In this document: piece by piece, positions 1 to 12,960 of the stretch
Numbering within the stretch: position 1 is the first letter of the stretch
How the letters are laid out: each line of letters begins with the position of its first letter
Assembly (NCBI GenBank): GCA_951406725.2
Contig: OX597834.1
Location: 29,388,001-29,452,000 of the forward strand
Length of the DNA: 64,000 nt
From: Octopus vulgaris
Taxonomy: Eukaryota
Direction of reading: 5' to 3'
Notes under the pieces: generated by a model
Database searches by the model: none
What the model was told of the DNA's origin: nothing
The model's input: only the letters and a program-made list of their open reading frames with translations
Translations under genes and position numbers: made by a program

Positions 1-209
1 AGTTATTGTATGCGGTGTTTCATTCCACTGGGAGGAGAATGCAGGGCTATTTTTCTGGTTCACGACCACCAACTCTACTACGACATGTACAACAATAACA
101 GCATACCACCTTTAAGCCTGACGAACCTATCACATCTTGTTGTTATTGTTGGGTGTAATTATGTTTTATCTTGCTTTTTGTAAATTTTTGGGAGGGTTTT
201 ATATATATA

Positions 210-271
<62 letters not shown>

Positions 272-330
272 ACATGCACAAACATATGGTTCAGAATATT
301 AAATAACAAAAAAAAGCTAAATAAATACAA

Positions 331-434
<104 letters not shown>

Positions 435-694
435 GATATGTAGAAACAACCACCCATATAAACCTCTTTCGCTCTGAACCCTTTCTGTCTCTGACCCCTT
501 CTCATCCCCTACTGCAGTAGCCATATTGGAAATATTTAATGGGACAGCTTCAAAGACACCAGCAGAAAATTATCATCTGCAGCTAGTAAAAACATTCTCC
601 CCCTCTAGAGGAGTGTGACCCTCAACCACCACCACCACCACCACCACTTGGCCAGACTCATTGTTGTGCAATTGGTGATGGTGTTGCTGATGAA

Positions 695-730
<36 letters not shown>

Positions 731-889
731 GTTGGTTGTGGTAGGGTCGTTGTTTTAGGTCCTCACAGATGGGCAGCAAGAAAGAGGGTGGGACACAACA
801 GGAGGATATATATATATATACACATAAATATATGCATGTGAATATATATATATATGTATGTGAATATATATATATATGTATGCATGTGA

Positions 890-921
<32 letters not shown>

Positions 922-1519
922 ATGTGAATATATATATATATCATCATCATCATCATCATCATTGTTTAGCGTCCGTTTTCCATATATATATATATATATA
1001 TATATTGCCATATATAAATATATATGTATGTGAAAATATATATATATATATAAATATATATGTATGTGAATATATATATGTGTGTGTGTGTGTGAATATA
1101 TATATATATATATATATATACTTATTTTGTCATTTTTTAGTTCTCTTTCCCTACTCCCACTCCACCCCATTACCTCCATTGTCACTCCTACCCCCACTCC
1201 TCATCAGATCCAATTTAACAATAAATTACTTGGTTGATTTGAAAATTCTGGCTTGTTTCCTGTTTTTTTTATTTTATTTATTCATTTATTTATTTATTTA
1301 TTTATTAATTTTTGTTGTGTTTTTTTTCAATAAGCTTATTATTGTTGTTGTTGTTCTTATTGCTTCTTGTTTTTAACTGAACTGATGCTCTTGTTGTTAT
1401 AGTTTTGATTGTTGTTACTGTTATTAGTAACATCATCATCATCATCATCACCATCATCATCAGTGTCATTGCTGTTGTTATTGCTACTGTCAACAATATG
1501 ACATGATGATGATGATGCA

Positions 1520-1552
<33 letters not shown>

Positions 1553-1691
1553 AATGGTTCCCAATTTTGAAGTGCGAGGGTTAGTTGACGAAATCACCTC
1601 CAGTAGTTGAATGGTATTTTAATTTGCTGGATTTGAACTCAGAACATAAAGACCTGAACGATTTACTACATGACAGTTCATCCAACATTAA

Positions 1692-1912
1692 CCCTTTCGT
1701 TACCAACCCGACTGAAACCGGCTCTGGCTCTGTAGTACAAATGTCTTGTTTTCATAAGTTTTGAATTAAAATCTTCCACCAAACCTTAGTCACAATTTAT
1801 GTTCCTAACACAAGCTTAATCATAACTAAGTTATTTTATTAAATTCTTTATTATATTTAAAGTAATTGAAAGAAACACAGAGCATCTCAAAATAGATACA
1901 GTAACGAAAGGG
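1692..1912. mobile_element. piggyBac-type MITE (family E), copy 1
   Basis: 12-bp terminal inverted repeats CCCTTTCGTTAC...GTAACGAAAGGG. TTAA on the left (1688-1691) and TTAG on the right. 221 bp, co-linear with copies at 4953 and 49805. Confidence 0.85.
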
Positions 1913-1944
1913 TTAGCAATTCTGTGAATCTTCAGTTCTAACAT

Positions 1945-2127
1945 AATTCTTTCTTTTTAAAAGACACAAAGTCTGAAATTTTGTGGGAGGAGCCTAGTCA
2001 AATACGTTGACCCCAGTGCACAACTGGTACTCATTTCATTGACCCCCGAAAGAATGAAAGGCAAAGTCAACCTTGGCAGAATTTGAACTCAGAACATAAA
2101 GATGGATGAAATACTCCTAAGCATTTT
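1945..2127 (-). mobile_element. Diverged SINE, family C' (older subfamily)
   Basis: Contains the family core gaccccagt..aactggtac..ttcattgacccc.gaaagaatgaaaggcaaagtcaaccttggcagaatttgaactcagaac, which recurs throughout the window. Confidence 0.7.
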
Positions 2128-2164
2128 TAATGGAGTTGTGTCTGTTTGACTGCCAGTTGAGGTC

Positions 2165-2355
2165 TACAAAATATAGTAGGGGTCACTTCCTCCAGTCGCA
2201 TTGGTTTTCTTGAGACTCCTCTGCCCTAGCCATTGGCTGCAACCCCTCAGCTTACCTTCTAGTTCAGTGACAACACCCTTCCTCCTGTTCTTTGGGCCAT
2301 CAACTAAAGCATTGAACTGGGATATGGCACACGGTGCCAGCAGGTGGATCAATGT
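2165..2355 (-). mobile_element. Possible degenerate 3' end of an RLE-type (HERO/NeSL-like) non-LTR element
   Basis: Minus-strand peptide GPKNRRKGVVTELEGKLRGCSQWLGQR loosely resembles the C-terminal RR.AI..L...AE.AS.WLW.KR pattern. Weak. Confidence 0.25.
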
Positions 2356-2682
2356 CTTACAGTATAATTCAATGAGGGGGTAGTCCAGTTGATCGATTAG
2401 CTGATATGCTCATCGATTCAGCTGCTATTTCTAGCAGGTCACTTGACTGCATTGATCTATCACTCGACTGCATTGCTGATGACAGTGATGTTGTGGTTGT
2501 TGTCTTTAAATGATTGCTTATCAATATTGATCATTAATAAAATAACAATTAAATTCAATTTTATATGTTGTGTTGTCATAATGTTATAAGAATTAATGGT
2601 AAACATTTGGTTTTGACAGAATGGTTAGCTTATATGTGTGACATGGCATTCAACATTATATTGTGGTTGTATATGTGTGTGT

Positions 2683-3065
2683 GGAGGCGCAATGGCCCAG
2701 TGGTTAGGGCAGCGGACTCGCGGTCATAGGATCGCGGTTTCGATTCCCAGACCGGGCGTTGTGAGTGTTTACTGAGAGAAAACACCTAAAGCTCCACGAG
2801 GCTCTGGCAGGGGATGGTGGTGATCCCTGCTGAACTCTTTCACCACAACTTTCTCTCACTCTTACTTTTTGTTTCTGTTGTACCTGTATTTCAAAGGGCC
2901 GGCCTTGTCACTCTCTGTGTCACGCTGAATATCCCCGAGAACTACGTTAAGGGTACACGTGTCTGTGGAGTGCTCAGCCACTTACACGTTAATTTCACAA
3001 GCAGGCTGTTCCGTTGATTCGGATCAACCGGAACCCTCGTCGTCGTAATCGACGGAGTGCTTCCT
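2683..3065 (+). mobile_element. tRNA-derived SINE, family A (tRNA-Arg-like head)
   Basis: Head GGAGGCGCAATGGCCCAGTGGTTAGGGCAGCGGACTCGCGG...GGTTTCGATTCCC has A- and B-box-like motifs and a TCG anticodon-like position. A second full copy lies at 19256-19643. Confidence 0.85.
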
Positions 3066-3412
3066 TTCTAAAAACAATATGCGTGTATTTCTGTGTATAT
3101 GTATGTGTGTATATCTGCATGTATATCTGTGTATGTGAGTATATTGTGGTTGTATATGTGTGTACATCTGCATGTATAGCTTATGTGCATGGCCTGGTGA
3201 TTAGGGTGTTGCACTCATGATTGCAAGATTGCAGTTTTGAGTCACAGACCAAGTGGCCTTCATGAGCAAAAACACTGCATTTCTCAAAAATGTCCTTCTC
3301 ATTTTAATGTGATAGAAGGAATTTAGCTGCTACTACAAACAAGTCAAACAGCTGTATAGAGAGATAACCTTGTTGGTTAGTTGGAACAAATTTGGATGGA
3401 GATATTAGCAAA

Positions 3413-3570
3413 GGAGTGGCTGTGTGGTAAGTAGCTTGCTTACAAAGTACATAGTTCCAGGTTCAGTCCCACTGCGTGGCACCTTGGGCAAGTGTCTTCT
3501 ACTATAGCCTCGGGCCGACCAAAGCCTTGTGATTGGATTTGGTGGACAGAAACTGAAAAGAAGCCTGTCG

Positions 3571-3644
<74 letters not shown>

Positions 3645-3860
3645 CGTGTGTCTGTGTTTGTCTGCCCCCCACAACATCGCTTGACAACTGATGGTGGTGT
3701 GTTTACATCCCCGTAACTTAGCGGTTCGGCAAAAGAGGCCGATAGAATAAGTACTAGGCTTACAAAGAATAAGTCCTGAACCCGATTTGCTCAACTAAAG
3801 GCGGTGCTCCAGCATGGTCACAGTCACCTGACTGAAACAAGTAAAAGAGAGAGTAAAGAG
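3413..3860 (+). mobile_element. SINE family B with internal (TA)n(TG)n microsatellite
   Basis: tRNA-like head GGAGTGGCTGTGTGGTAAG..GGTTCAGTCCC, then CCTTGGGCAAGTGTCTT core, an internal microsatellite and a tail ending GACTGAAACAAGTAAAAGAG. More than 10 copies in the window. Confidence 0.85.
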
Positions 3861-4169
3861 CAAAGGTTCTGTATTGTAGCTATATATGTGTGTATAATTA
3901 TATACACACACACACAGAGGGGTTGTTTTTTGATAAGTAAAGTAAGATATCAATGATTAGATCAGGTCCGGTAGATATATGTACAAGCATACATTAGTCT
4001 ATGTATATAAAAGGATGTGTACTGGTCTAGTATCAATGGCTAATTTGTGTATTGTAGCTATGTGTATGAAAGAGGGGAGTGTTTGTTTACGTGCTAGCAA
4101 GAGGTAGTTTCTAACTGTTGTAGTTGTGTATATATATAAGTGTATGTCTGTACATATATTAGTTTTTTT

Positions 4170-4390
4170 ATAAATATATCGCCATGTTGATTCGCTAGCT
4201 TCTGCACGCATTTTTTTTCTCTCCTTGTTTCTTTCTGTGTTTCTTTTCTGTGTATCTTTCTGTTGATGAGCGTAGGCTCAAAATGTAAAAGACTTGTTTT
4301 ATTTATATTCCTGAGTGCCATACTAATACAATTGTTTGTTTATATTCCACCTGCCTTCGTCTTTTGTTTATTTTCATAAAGCTTCCCATT
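4170..4390 (+). mobile_element. Putative Penelope-like terminal-repeat remnant abutting (TA)n
   Basis: T-rich insert ending directly in (TA)n, with a degenerate hammerhead-like motif at 4255-4292. Confidence 0.4.
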
Positions 4391-4458
4391 ATATATATAT
4401 ATATATAAAAGAGTGTATCTATACACACATACACACACACACATATATATATATATAA

Positions 4459-4665
4459 GAGTGTAAAGTGGTTGGCATTAAGAAGGGCATCCAGCTGAAG
4501 AAAGGCATTAAGATGGGCATCCAGCTGTAGAAGGGCATTAGGAAGAGCATCCAGCTGTAGAAAGCATGACAAAGCAGAACACTGGAGTTCAATGGATTCC
4601 TTCGTCCCATTGGATCCTGTCAAACCACTGACCCCTTTTGCCAGTTTCGGACATGGACATTGAAT
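4459..4665 (+). mobile_element. RTE LINE 3'UTR fragment (family D) with a local 30-bp triplication
   Basis: GGCATTAGGAAGGGCATCCAGCTGTAGAA-like unit at 4474, 4504 and 4534. The same motif occurs once in other family D copies. Confidence 0.7.
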
Positions 4666-4952
4666 GGTGAGAATGAGAAAGACATCAATGAAATTGTCTG
4701 ACTTTTGTCTCCAGAAAAGTGAAAACATGGCATAAAATAAAGGCTCAAGATTAAATACCCAATTTAGACCTCATGTACTTATACAAAAGGGGGAAAAAAA
4801 TTGGAACCTGGTGATGATTGGATGATAAGCAATACAAAACATAAGGTTTAAAAACAAAGAAATGCAATTTCCTATGAAAATATATATAAATAGACATTAT
4901 CGAATTGGTTTAGTCCAGAAAGGAAAACTAAAGATGCTTTCCGTCAGTTTAA

Positions 4953-5173
4953 CCCTTTTGTTACCAATCCAGCCAAAACCGGCTCTGGCTCTGTAGTACA
5001 AATGTCTTGTTTTCATAAGTTTTGCATTAAAATATACCACCAAACCTTAGTCGCAATTTATATTCCTAATACTAGCTTAATGATAACTAAGTTATTTTAC
5101 TAAATTCTTTGTTATATTTAAAATAATTGAAAGAAACACAGAGCATATCAAAATAAATACAGTAACGAAAGGG
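4953..5173. mobile_element. piggyBac-type MITE (family E), copy 2
   Basis: TTAA|CCCTTTTGTTAC...GTAACGAAAGGG|TTAA, with a perfect TTAA TSD at 4949-4952 and 5174-5177. 221 bp. Confidence 0.9.
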
Positions 5174-5739
5174 TTAACAGTTGTTTTAAGAAATGTATCC
5201 TGAGTGAAAAACATTTCCCATGCTTAAATTCATGCTTAAATACCTGCCAGGTGGGTTTTCAAGAAGATCTTCGGTCTAAATAGAAGCAATTGAAAAGCTG
5301 AGAGCAACCGGATAAACAGTACTTGAGTAACACTGAAGAAAGACTCTTCAGGAGGAGAAAATCAATAGCAACAGGTAAACAATTCAAGTGGGAGTAGTAA
5401 TTAGCAATAACGACGAAACTCTTCGTTTCGATGGTATTGAACAAGTTGCTTCATCCATGCGTATTACTCATGTACAGTCATGTACAGTCATACGTAGACG
5501 CATAAAGGCATCAAACAAATGTCTCTCTCTTTGTCGTTCTCTCCCTGTGTGTTTGTCTGTCTGTGTGTATGCATTGCTTAAAAGATTGTTATTATTTCAA
5601 AGCACTAGTGAGAGTAGAACCAAACATTGTGAAGATGAAGATGATTGGAACTTTAAGTTTTGCCAATCAACCATTTAGACGCACATATACATGTATACAT
5701 ACATATATATATACATACATTGTGTGTGTGTGTGTATAC

Positions 5740-5781
<42 letters not shown>

Positions 5782-5942
5782 TCATATATCATCAATTAAC
5801 GTCTGTTTTCCATGGTAGCAGCAGCTGCACCAAGTTCCAACTTGGTTTAGCAGAGTTTTTACAACTGGATGCCCTTCCTAACACCAACCACTCTGAGAGT
5901 ATAGTGGGTGCTTGCCTATACATATCATATGCATATATGTAA

Positions 5943-5986
<44 letters not shown>

Positions 5987-5988
<2 letters not shown>

Positions 5989-6213
5989 TCTTTTACTTGT
6001 TTCAGTCATTTGACTGCTGCCATGCTGGAGCACCGCCTTTAGTCAAGCAATTCAACCCCAGGACTTATTCTTTGTAAGCCTAGTACTTATTCTATCGATC
6101 TCTTTTGCCGAACCGCTAAGTTACGGGGACGTAAGCACACTAGCATCGGTTGTCAAGCGAAGTTGGGGGGACAAACACAGACACACATACATATATATAT
6201 ATTTACATATATG
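5987..6213 (-). mobile_element. SINE family B, 3' half
   Basis: Reverse complement of 3650-3850. Ends in the internal microsatellite. Confidence 0.8.
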
Positions 6214-6915
6214 TGTCATCATCATGGACTCTCCCGTCATTGTAAAGGTGCACCGTGTGCCACATGTCAGGTGAAGAAATGATCACCGAACAATTTGAAA
6301 TGAAGTGCTTCGTTCAAGAATGCAATACCTGGTCTGGGAATCAAACCTACAATTTCGCACTCTACCCACTAAGCATTGTGCCTTCACACATACCTATATG
6401 CATATATGTATACATACATATGTATATATATATATATATGTGTGTGTGTGTATATGTATGTATGTATGTATATATATATATATACACACATAAACACTAC
6501 ATATCAATAAAAATGCACATAACTGCTTGCACAAATAGTTATACAGACTGTTTCATAATTACATTAAACAATTCTATGTCATTATGGCAGATGTGTTAAC
6601 CTTTACCTATTTACTATGGAATGCTTTTGACTCATAAGTGTGACTCTTAGTATAAGTATAAGGCTACATGTAGCTGTAAGGCTATATAAAGTATGATCAT
6701 TAATATACGTATAAAACAATGACTTTTGTGGGTAAAGGTATTTCTCTTGAAACCCAACTCCAATTACTTAACTGGTAATTAATGAAAGCCATAAATTGAC
6801 CTCCATAGGATTTGAATTCAGAATGTAAATAGACAATTTATATTTAAAAGATATTTTTTGCCTCTCCACCATTCTCACTATTCTCTATCAATAATAATAA
6901 TGATGATGATGATAA

Positions 6916-7070
6916 TTTCAAATTTTGGCACAAGGCCAGCAATTTCAGAGGAGGGAAAAATCAATTACATCAACCCCAGTGTTCAACTGGTACTTATTTT
7001 ATCAATCCCAAGAGAATGAAAAACAAAGTTGACCTCAGCAGAATTCAAGGTCAAAATATAAAGATGGGCA
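6916..7070 (-). mobile_element. SINE family C'
   Basis: tttcaaattttggcacaaggccagcaattt...tcaaccccagtgttcaactggtacttattttatc...aaagttgacctcagcagaattc. Similar copies at 7215-7345, 23357-23506, 27075-27190, 37135-37300 and 58216-58380. Confidence 0.7.
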
Positions 7071-7138
7071 AAATAATGATGATGAGAACAGCAACACTGA
7101 CTACAACAATAATGGCAGCGGCAGTAAAGATGACAATT

Positions 7139-7200
<62 letters not shown>

Positions 7201-7731
7201 CGACGACGACAATCCTTTCTATTATTGGCACAAGGCCTGAAATTTTGTGGGGAGCAGGTAAGTTGATTACATCGACTCCAGTACGCAGCTGGTACTTACT
7301 TTATTGACCCCAAAAGGGTGAAAAGCAAAGTCGACTTTGGCAGAATAATTTCTAATTTTAGCAAAAACTCAGAATTTGGAAGACATGGAAGAAAGAGCCC
7401 TGGTTCAATACCTCCACTTAATAGAAACACAAATCTACTTGCCAACAACATTCCTGTCATCATCATCATCATCATCATCATGTTTGTCTCACCCATGGAT
7501 CTGGACATTGCCTTCCTTGTCCTGGAGCCTCTGACCAACCACAGTCAATTGTTTGACTTGTCTATTGATTTATTGTTGAACAAGAACAAAGCTGGGTATC
7601 TTTGCAGAGACACCATCAGAGCGATGGAAATACAATAGACAACAGCATCACAATTGCAACCTTTGTCACTACAATAACAAACACCATCACAAAATTTTCC
7701 ACCACCACCACATCATTACCAAAATCATCAC

Positions 7732-7763
<32 letters not shown>

Positions 7764-8169
7764 CAAGCTTTGTCATCTCCACCACCACCACCAACAAGAG
7801 CAATAACATTTGTCAAAGAAGAAACCTCTATGAAATGGCTTGTGCTACTTGAAACAGCACCCAAACCACCCTCAAATTACACACACACACACACACACAC
7901 ATATTTGTATGTGTATGTGTGTGTATGAGCTGTGTGTGTATATTTATATATGAATATATATATATCCACACACTGACACATAAATGTGTATACGCATGAT
8001 TTAACACATACACGCACGCACATACACATACATACAAACACACAATGTGGTTGTTTAGGGGTGGGAGTTACTTGTCAATAACGTAAATTATTTATTGCAC
8101 CCCCACCCCACCTCGCCCCACCCCATCATTGACCACCTCTAGCCCCCACCCCACCCCACCCTCTTGTCT

Positions 8170-8640
8170 CTCACTTTCACCCCCCCTTCTCCTCACCTTT
8201 CCTGCTCGCCTCACCTCCAAGTGAATTTAATAGATCTTACCGGGCGAAGCAATAATCCATTGCTTTGATCCGGGATTCTTTGATCGGTCAGGCGCAGTGG
8301 CAACCACCTGCATGCTTACACAACAATAGCATCCGACCAGTAGCCGCATGCATCATCATAATTATATTTACTGACCGACAATGTTCGAGTATTTCCGATT
8401 AGCTCTCCGCCCCGCCACCCCACCCCCCCACTCCTTCTGCTCCCTCTAGTTTCATTCGTCCCCACCACCACCACCACCACCACCACATGACACTATATCT
8501 ACCACCCCCCTCTGCAATCCCATCTCCCGTCAAACCCTGTCAAAACACACTCATAAACTCCGGTCCTGCTGTGCTCTGTGACATCATCCCCCAACCTGAT
8601 GCTTCTTAACCTAACCTGTCTGATTCGATCCTACATCATT
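8170..8640. promoter_or_regulatory. Candidate enhancer (unique, CpG-containing island)
   Basis: Two CTTTGATC TCF/LEF sites (8263, 8278), Sox-type AACAATAG (8322), E-box CACCTG (8305) and a GC-box near 8407. Non-repetitive sequence amid microsatellites. Confidence 0.35.
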
Positions 8641-8808
8641 GTATAGCATTCACAACACACACATACACACACACACACACACTCGTGTGCATGGTCACAT
8701 TCCGATTTGTCAATCAGACATCATTTACTTGTTGACAAGTGGAATGTATAATTGTAGCTGTGTGTATGTGTGTGTGTGTGTGTATATATATGTATGTATA
8801 TATATATG

Positions 8809-8854
<46 letters not shown>

Positions 8855-8876
8855 TATGCATATATATCCATATATC

Positions 8877-8916
<40 letters not shown>

Positions 8917-9600
8917 TACGTATGAGTATATATATCAATAGCTCATATATATATATAAAATATATGTATATAAGATATATATATACACACACAAATACAT
9001 ATATACATACATCCACATATATATATACACACATGCATTCATATATATGTATATGTGTGTGTACATATGTATGTATATAAACAGACATATGCACTCACAC
9101 AGATGTGTCCCTGGGTGTGTGAGGTTGTTGTATGTGTGTCTCTATACGAGTGCTTCTGTGTATCTGGCGACAACAGCAACTAAAAAACAAGATAACAAGA
9201 GGCCTAACACAAAAAACAGAATGATGATAATAACCATAATAACAGCAATAATAAACCAGCCAATGATGAAAGGAGGAGAAATATCAATGAATATAAGCAA
9301 AAATAACAAAAACAAATTACAGCAATTAAATAACATTTGAATCAATACAACAACAACAATGACAACAACAACATACAGACAACAACTGGAGCCGACAAAA
9401 CAGGGAAATAAAAAAAAAACAAAACATTCGTCGACAGCAAAAGTAAAAATCAACAAGAGCCATAGAAACAATATATATATATGCAGACAACAAACAAAAA
9501 AACAATAACAACAACAACAGCAACAACAATTTGTCAGTAACCACAGAAACAACCACAGCTGCAATGACAAAAGACAACAACAAGCAACACGGGGCAAATT

Positions 9601-10228
<628 letters not shown>

Positions 10229-10288
10229 GATATAAAGAAGCTGAAAACACTGGCACACACACACATACATTTATGTATGGATGTATGT

Positions 10289-10466
10289 ATCATCCTCATC
10301 ATCATCATCATCATTATTATCCTCATTTAGCATCTCGTTTGCCATGCTTTTGTCATTGGTTGGACAGTTTGACAGGCGCCACCAAGCCACAGGACTCTGA
10401 AAATCTCTCCAGTATGATTTGGCATGGTTTCTATAGCTGGATGCCCTTCCTAATGCCAACCACTTA
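10289..10466 (-). mobile_element. RTE LINE 3'UTR fragment (family D)
   Basis: (CAT)n tail, then ttggacagtttgac and tagctggatgcccttcctaatgccaaccac. A similar fragment lies at 5788-5912. Confidence 0.7.
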
Positions 10467-10474
10467 ATAAAGTA

Positions 10475-10684
10475 TACCTATTTCTTTATTACCCACAAGG
10501 GGACAAACAAGGACAGACATAGGTATTAAGTTGATTGCATTGACCCCAGTGCGTAACTGGTACTTAATTTATCTACCCCGAAAGGATGAAAGGCAAAGTC
10601 GACCTCGGCGGAATTTGAACTCAGAATGTAAAGTCAGACGAAATACCGCTAAGTATTTCGCCCAGCATGCTAACCATTCTGCCG
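10475..10684 (-). mobile_element. SINE family C (young subfamily)
   Basis: Co-linear with 37309-37544 apart from a short deletion and a truncated 5' end. Confidence 0.8.
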
Positions 10685-10920
10685 CACAATATATATAGAC
10701 ACACACACATATATGAGTGATGAAAAAAAAAAGAATAAATGTCAAAATATGAGTATACGTATATTTTTGTGAATATATTTTATTAATGATATATAATGAA
10801 GGTCTGTGCCTTAAAATATGCATTATCTATGTATAATTTCCATGAACAAGGAAACATGATTCTTGTGGGAATGTGTAGATAAAATTATACATACATTTAT
10901 ATATATATATAATATATATA

Positions 10921-11308
10921 CAGGGTATGGTGAATATATTGTTGTCTAAATTACGCAAAAAGGAAAATAACACTGATGTCTCATTTTAGCAGATATATTT
11001 ACCAAAGTTACATGAAAATATCTTGAGCTACTAAAAAAATTCCTTTAATAAAATCGCCATTGGCTTCAACCACGGCCTCCAGACCACTTCAGAATCTCCT
11101 GTAACTCTTCTGGATGGTTTCCTTGTTTAAGTTAGTGAATGCTGCCATAATCCTTGCTTTCAGTTCATCTTTGGTGTGTTACAAGGAGTTTTGTTGTTCT
11201 CTCACTGTTCAACTGCACCCCACACATAATAATCAAGGGTGTTGCAGTCTGGGGAGTGAGGTGTCCAGATGTTGGGGGTGATGTGGTTGCAGAAATTGTC
11301 TGACAGCT
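10921..11308 (-). mobile_element. Tc1/mariner (maT/DD37D-like) transposon relic: transposase C-terminus and one end
   Basis: Minus strand reads LSDNFCNHITPNIWTPHSPDCNTLDYYVWGAVE, then (frameshift) NTKDELKARIMAAF...GLEAVVEANGDFI. This matches the W.P.SPD.NP.D..VW motif. TA|CAGGGT terminus at 10919-10926. Confidence 0.85.
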
Positions 11309-11408
11309 GAAGGGCATGGTTTCTATGTAAATATATTTACATATATATATGTATATATATATGTGTGTGCATGTGTTATATATTTGAATAGATGCATACA
11401 TATATTGG

Positions 11409-11748
11409 GACCCCCTTCGGTCACGACACTGACCATGGGATTGCACCTAGAAAGTTACCCTCCTAGTCACAAGTCTGAGCAAGATGGTTTATGGAAGACG
11501 AGCAGTCGCCCATGCATACCGGCCTCCCCTCTCCACACCACCAATGTTATCCAAGGGAAAGGCAAAAGCCAATACAGCTTGGCACCCATGATATCGCAAC
11601 TCATTTCTACAGCTGAGTGAACTGGAGCAACGTGAAATAAAGTGTCTTGCTCAAGAACACAATACGCAGCCCAGTCCGGGATTCGAGCTCACAACCCCAC
11701 GATCATAAGCTCGACGCTCTAACCACTGACTGAGCCATGCGCCTTCAC
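11409..11748 (-). mobile_element. tRNA-derived SINE, family F
   Basis: Minus-strand head GTGAAGGCGCATGGCTCAG..TGGTTAGAGCGTCG...GAGCTCGAATCCC, followed by a TGTGTTCTTGAGCAAGACACTT core. Related decayed heads at about 3185-3280 and 6255-6386. Confidence 0.8.
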
Positions 11749-11757
11749 CATACACAC

Positions 11758-11788
<31 letters not shown>

Positions 11789-12264
11789 CATATAAATTAT
11801 ATATAATTGTAAACATACTCACACACATATGTATATATATATAGAGAGAGGGAGGCATACGTATACACATATGCATACCTACACCCTCCTGAAATGATGT
11901 TGAGATGAAGTACCCTGTGTGCAGCCATGCATGCAGTTGTATGTGTGCAATGATGTGTATACAGGTGAACGACTTCACAAAACGTCATGTGAAACAAACT
12001 AGAACAAAGAAACATAAACAAAAACAAAAATCCTGTCTTCCAGCCCTTTCTGTACACAGGATGACCCCAATTTCACCCACCACCACTACTATCAAATCCC
12101 TCTCAGTTCTACCCCAGAATACCATTGTCAAACGTGTTTTACATAAGGTGGTAGCACATGATGAGAAAGAGATTAGGCTGCTGTTTCTAGTAACTTATAT
12201 GGCCGTATAGAGACTCTTTTGTCGGTTTATGTTATGTTGATGGTGGCAGTGATTGTTCGTAATG

Positions 12265-12519
12265 TTGTTGTTGTTGGTGGTGGTGGTGGTGGTAGTAGTA
12301 GTAGAAGTAGTAGTAGTAATAGTAGTAGCAGCAGCTGCAGCAGTAGTAGTGGTGGTGGTGGTGGTGGTGGTGGTAGTAGTAGTAGTGGTGGTGGTGGTGG
12401 TGGTGGTGGTGGTGGTAGTGGTAGTAGAAGTAGTAGTAGTAGTAGAGCAGTAGTGGTGGTGGTGGTAGTAGTAGTAGAAGTAGTAGTAGTAGTAGCAGAG
12501 TAGTAGTAGTGGTGGTAGT

Positions 12520-12554
<35 letters not shown>

Positions 12555-12632
12555 ACAGAGCAGTAGTGGTGGTGGTGGTAGTAGTAGTTGTTGTAGTGGT
12601 GGTGGTGGTGGTGGTGGTGGTAGTAGTAGCAG
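12265..12632. repeat. Compound (GGT)n/(AGT)n trinucleotide array
   Basis: Alternating GGT and AGT runs with recurring AGAGCAGTAGT junctions. Confidence 0.95.
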
Positions 12633-12946
12633 TAGTGCTGCCGATTAAAGTATTATTGACGGTTGTAGTGTTGGTGATTGTTGTATTAAGGGTGGTGGTC
12701 ATTGTATTGGTAGTTGTACTATCAGTGGTGGTATTTAGTAACATTTGTAGTTGTAGCAGCAGTGTGGTGGTAGTAATAGTGTTTGCGCTATAATTGATAA
12801 ATTTAACATCACCACCAACATCACAACCAGCATCATCACTACCGTCATCATCTCCCATTTTTTTCGTTTCCAACACCCCCATATAGCAATGTCCCCACCC
12901 CTCCCACTGTTTCTCTATGTTTCCTCACCCTGAATACCAAGCATCT

Positions 12947-12960
12947 GTCACCTAGGTAAC
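12947..12960. promoter_or_regulatory. RFX X-box-like palindrome
   Basis: GTCACCTAGGTAAC fits GTNRCC-N0-3-RGYAAC. Lies in unique sequence. Confidence 0.35.

Noticed and set aside
2683-2757. tRNA-Arg gene
   Set aside because: The tRNA-like head continues into a ~300-bp shared body, and the second copy has a TSD. It is a SINE head; the same applies to families B and F.
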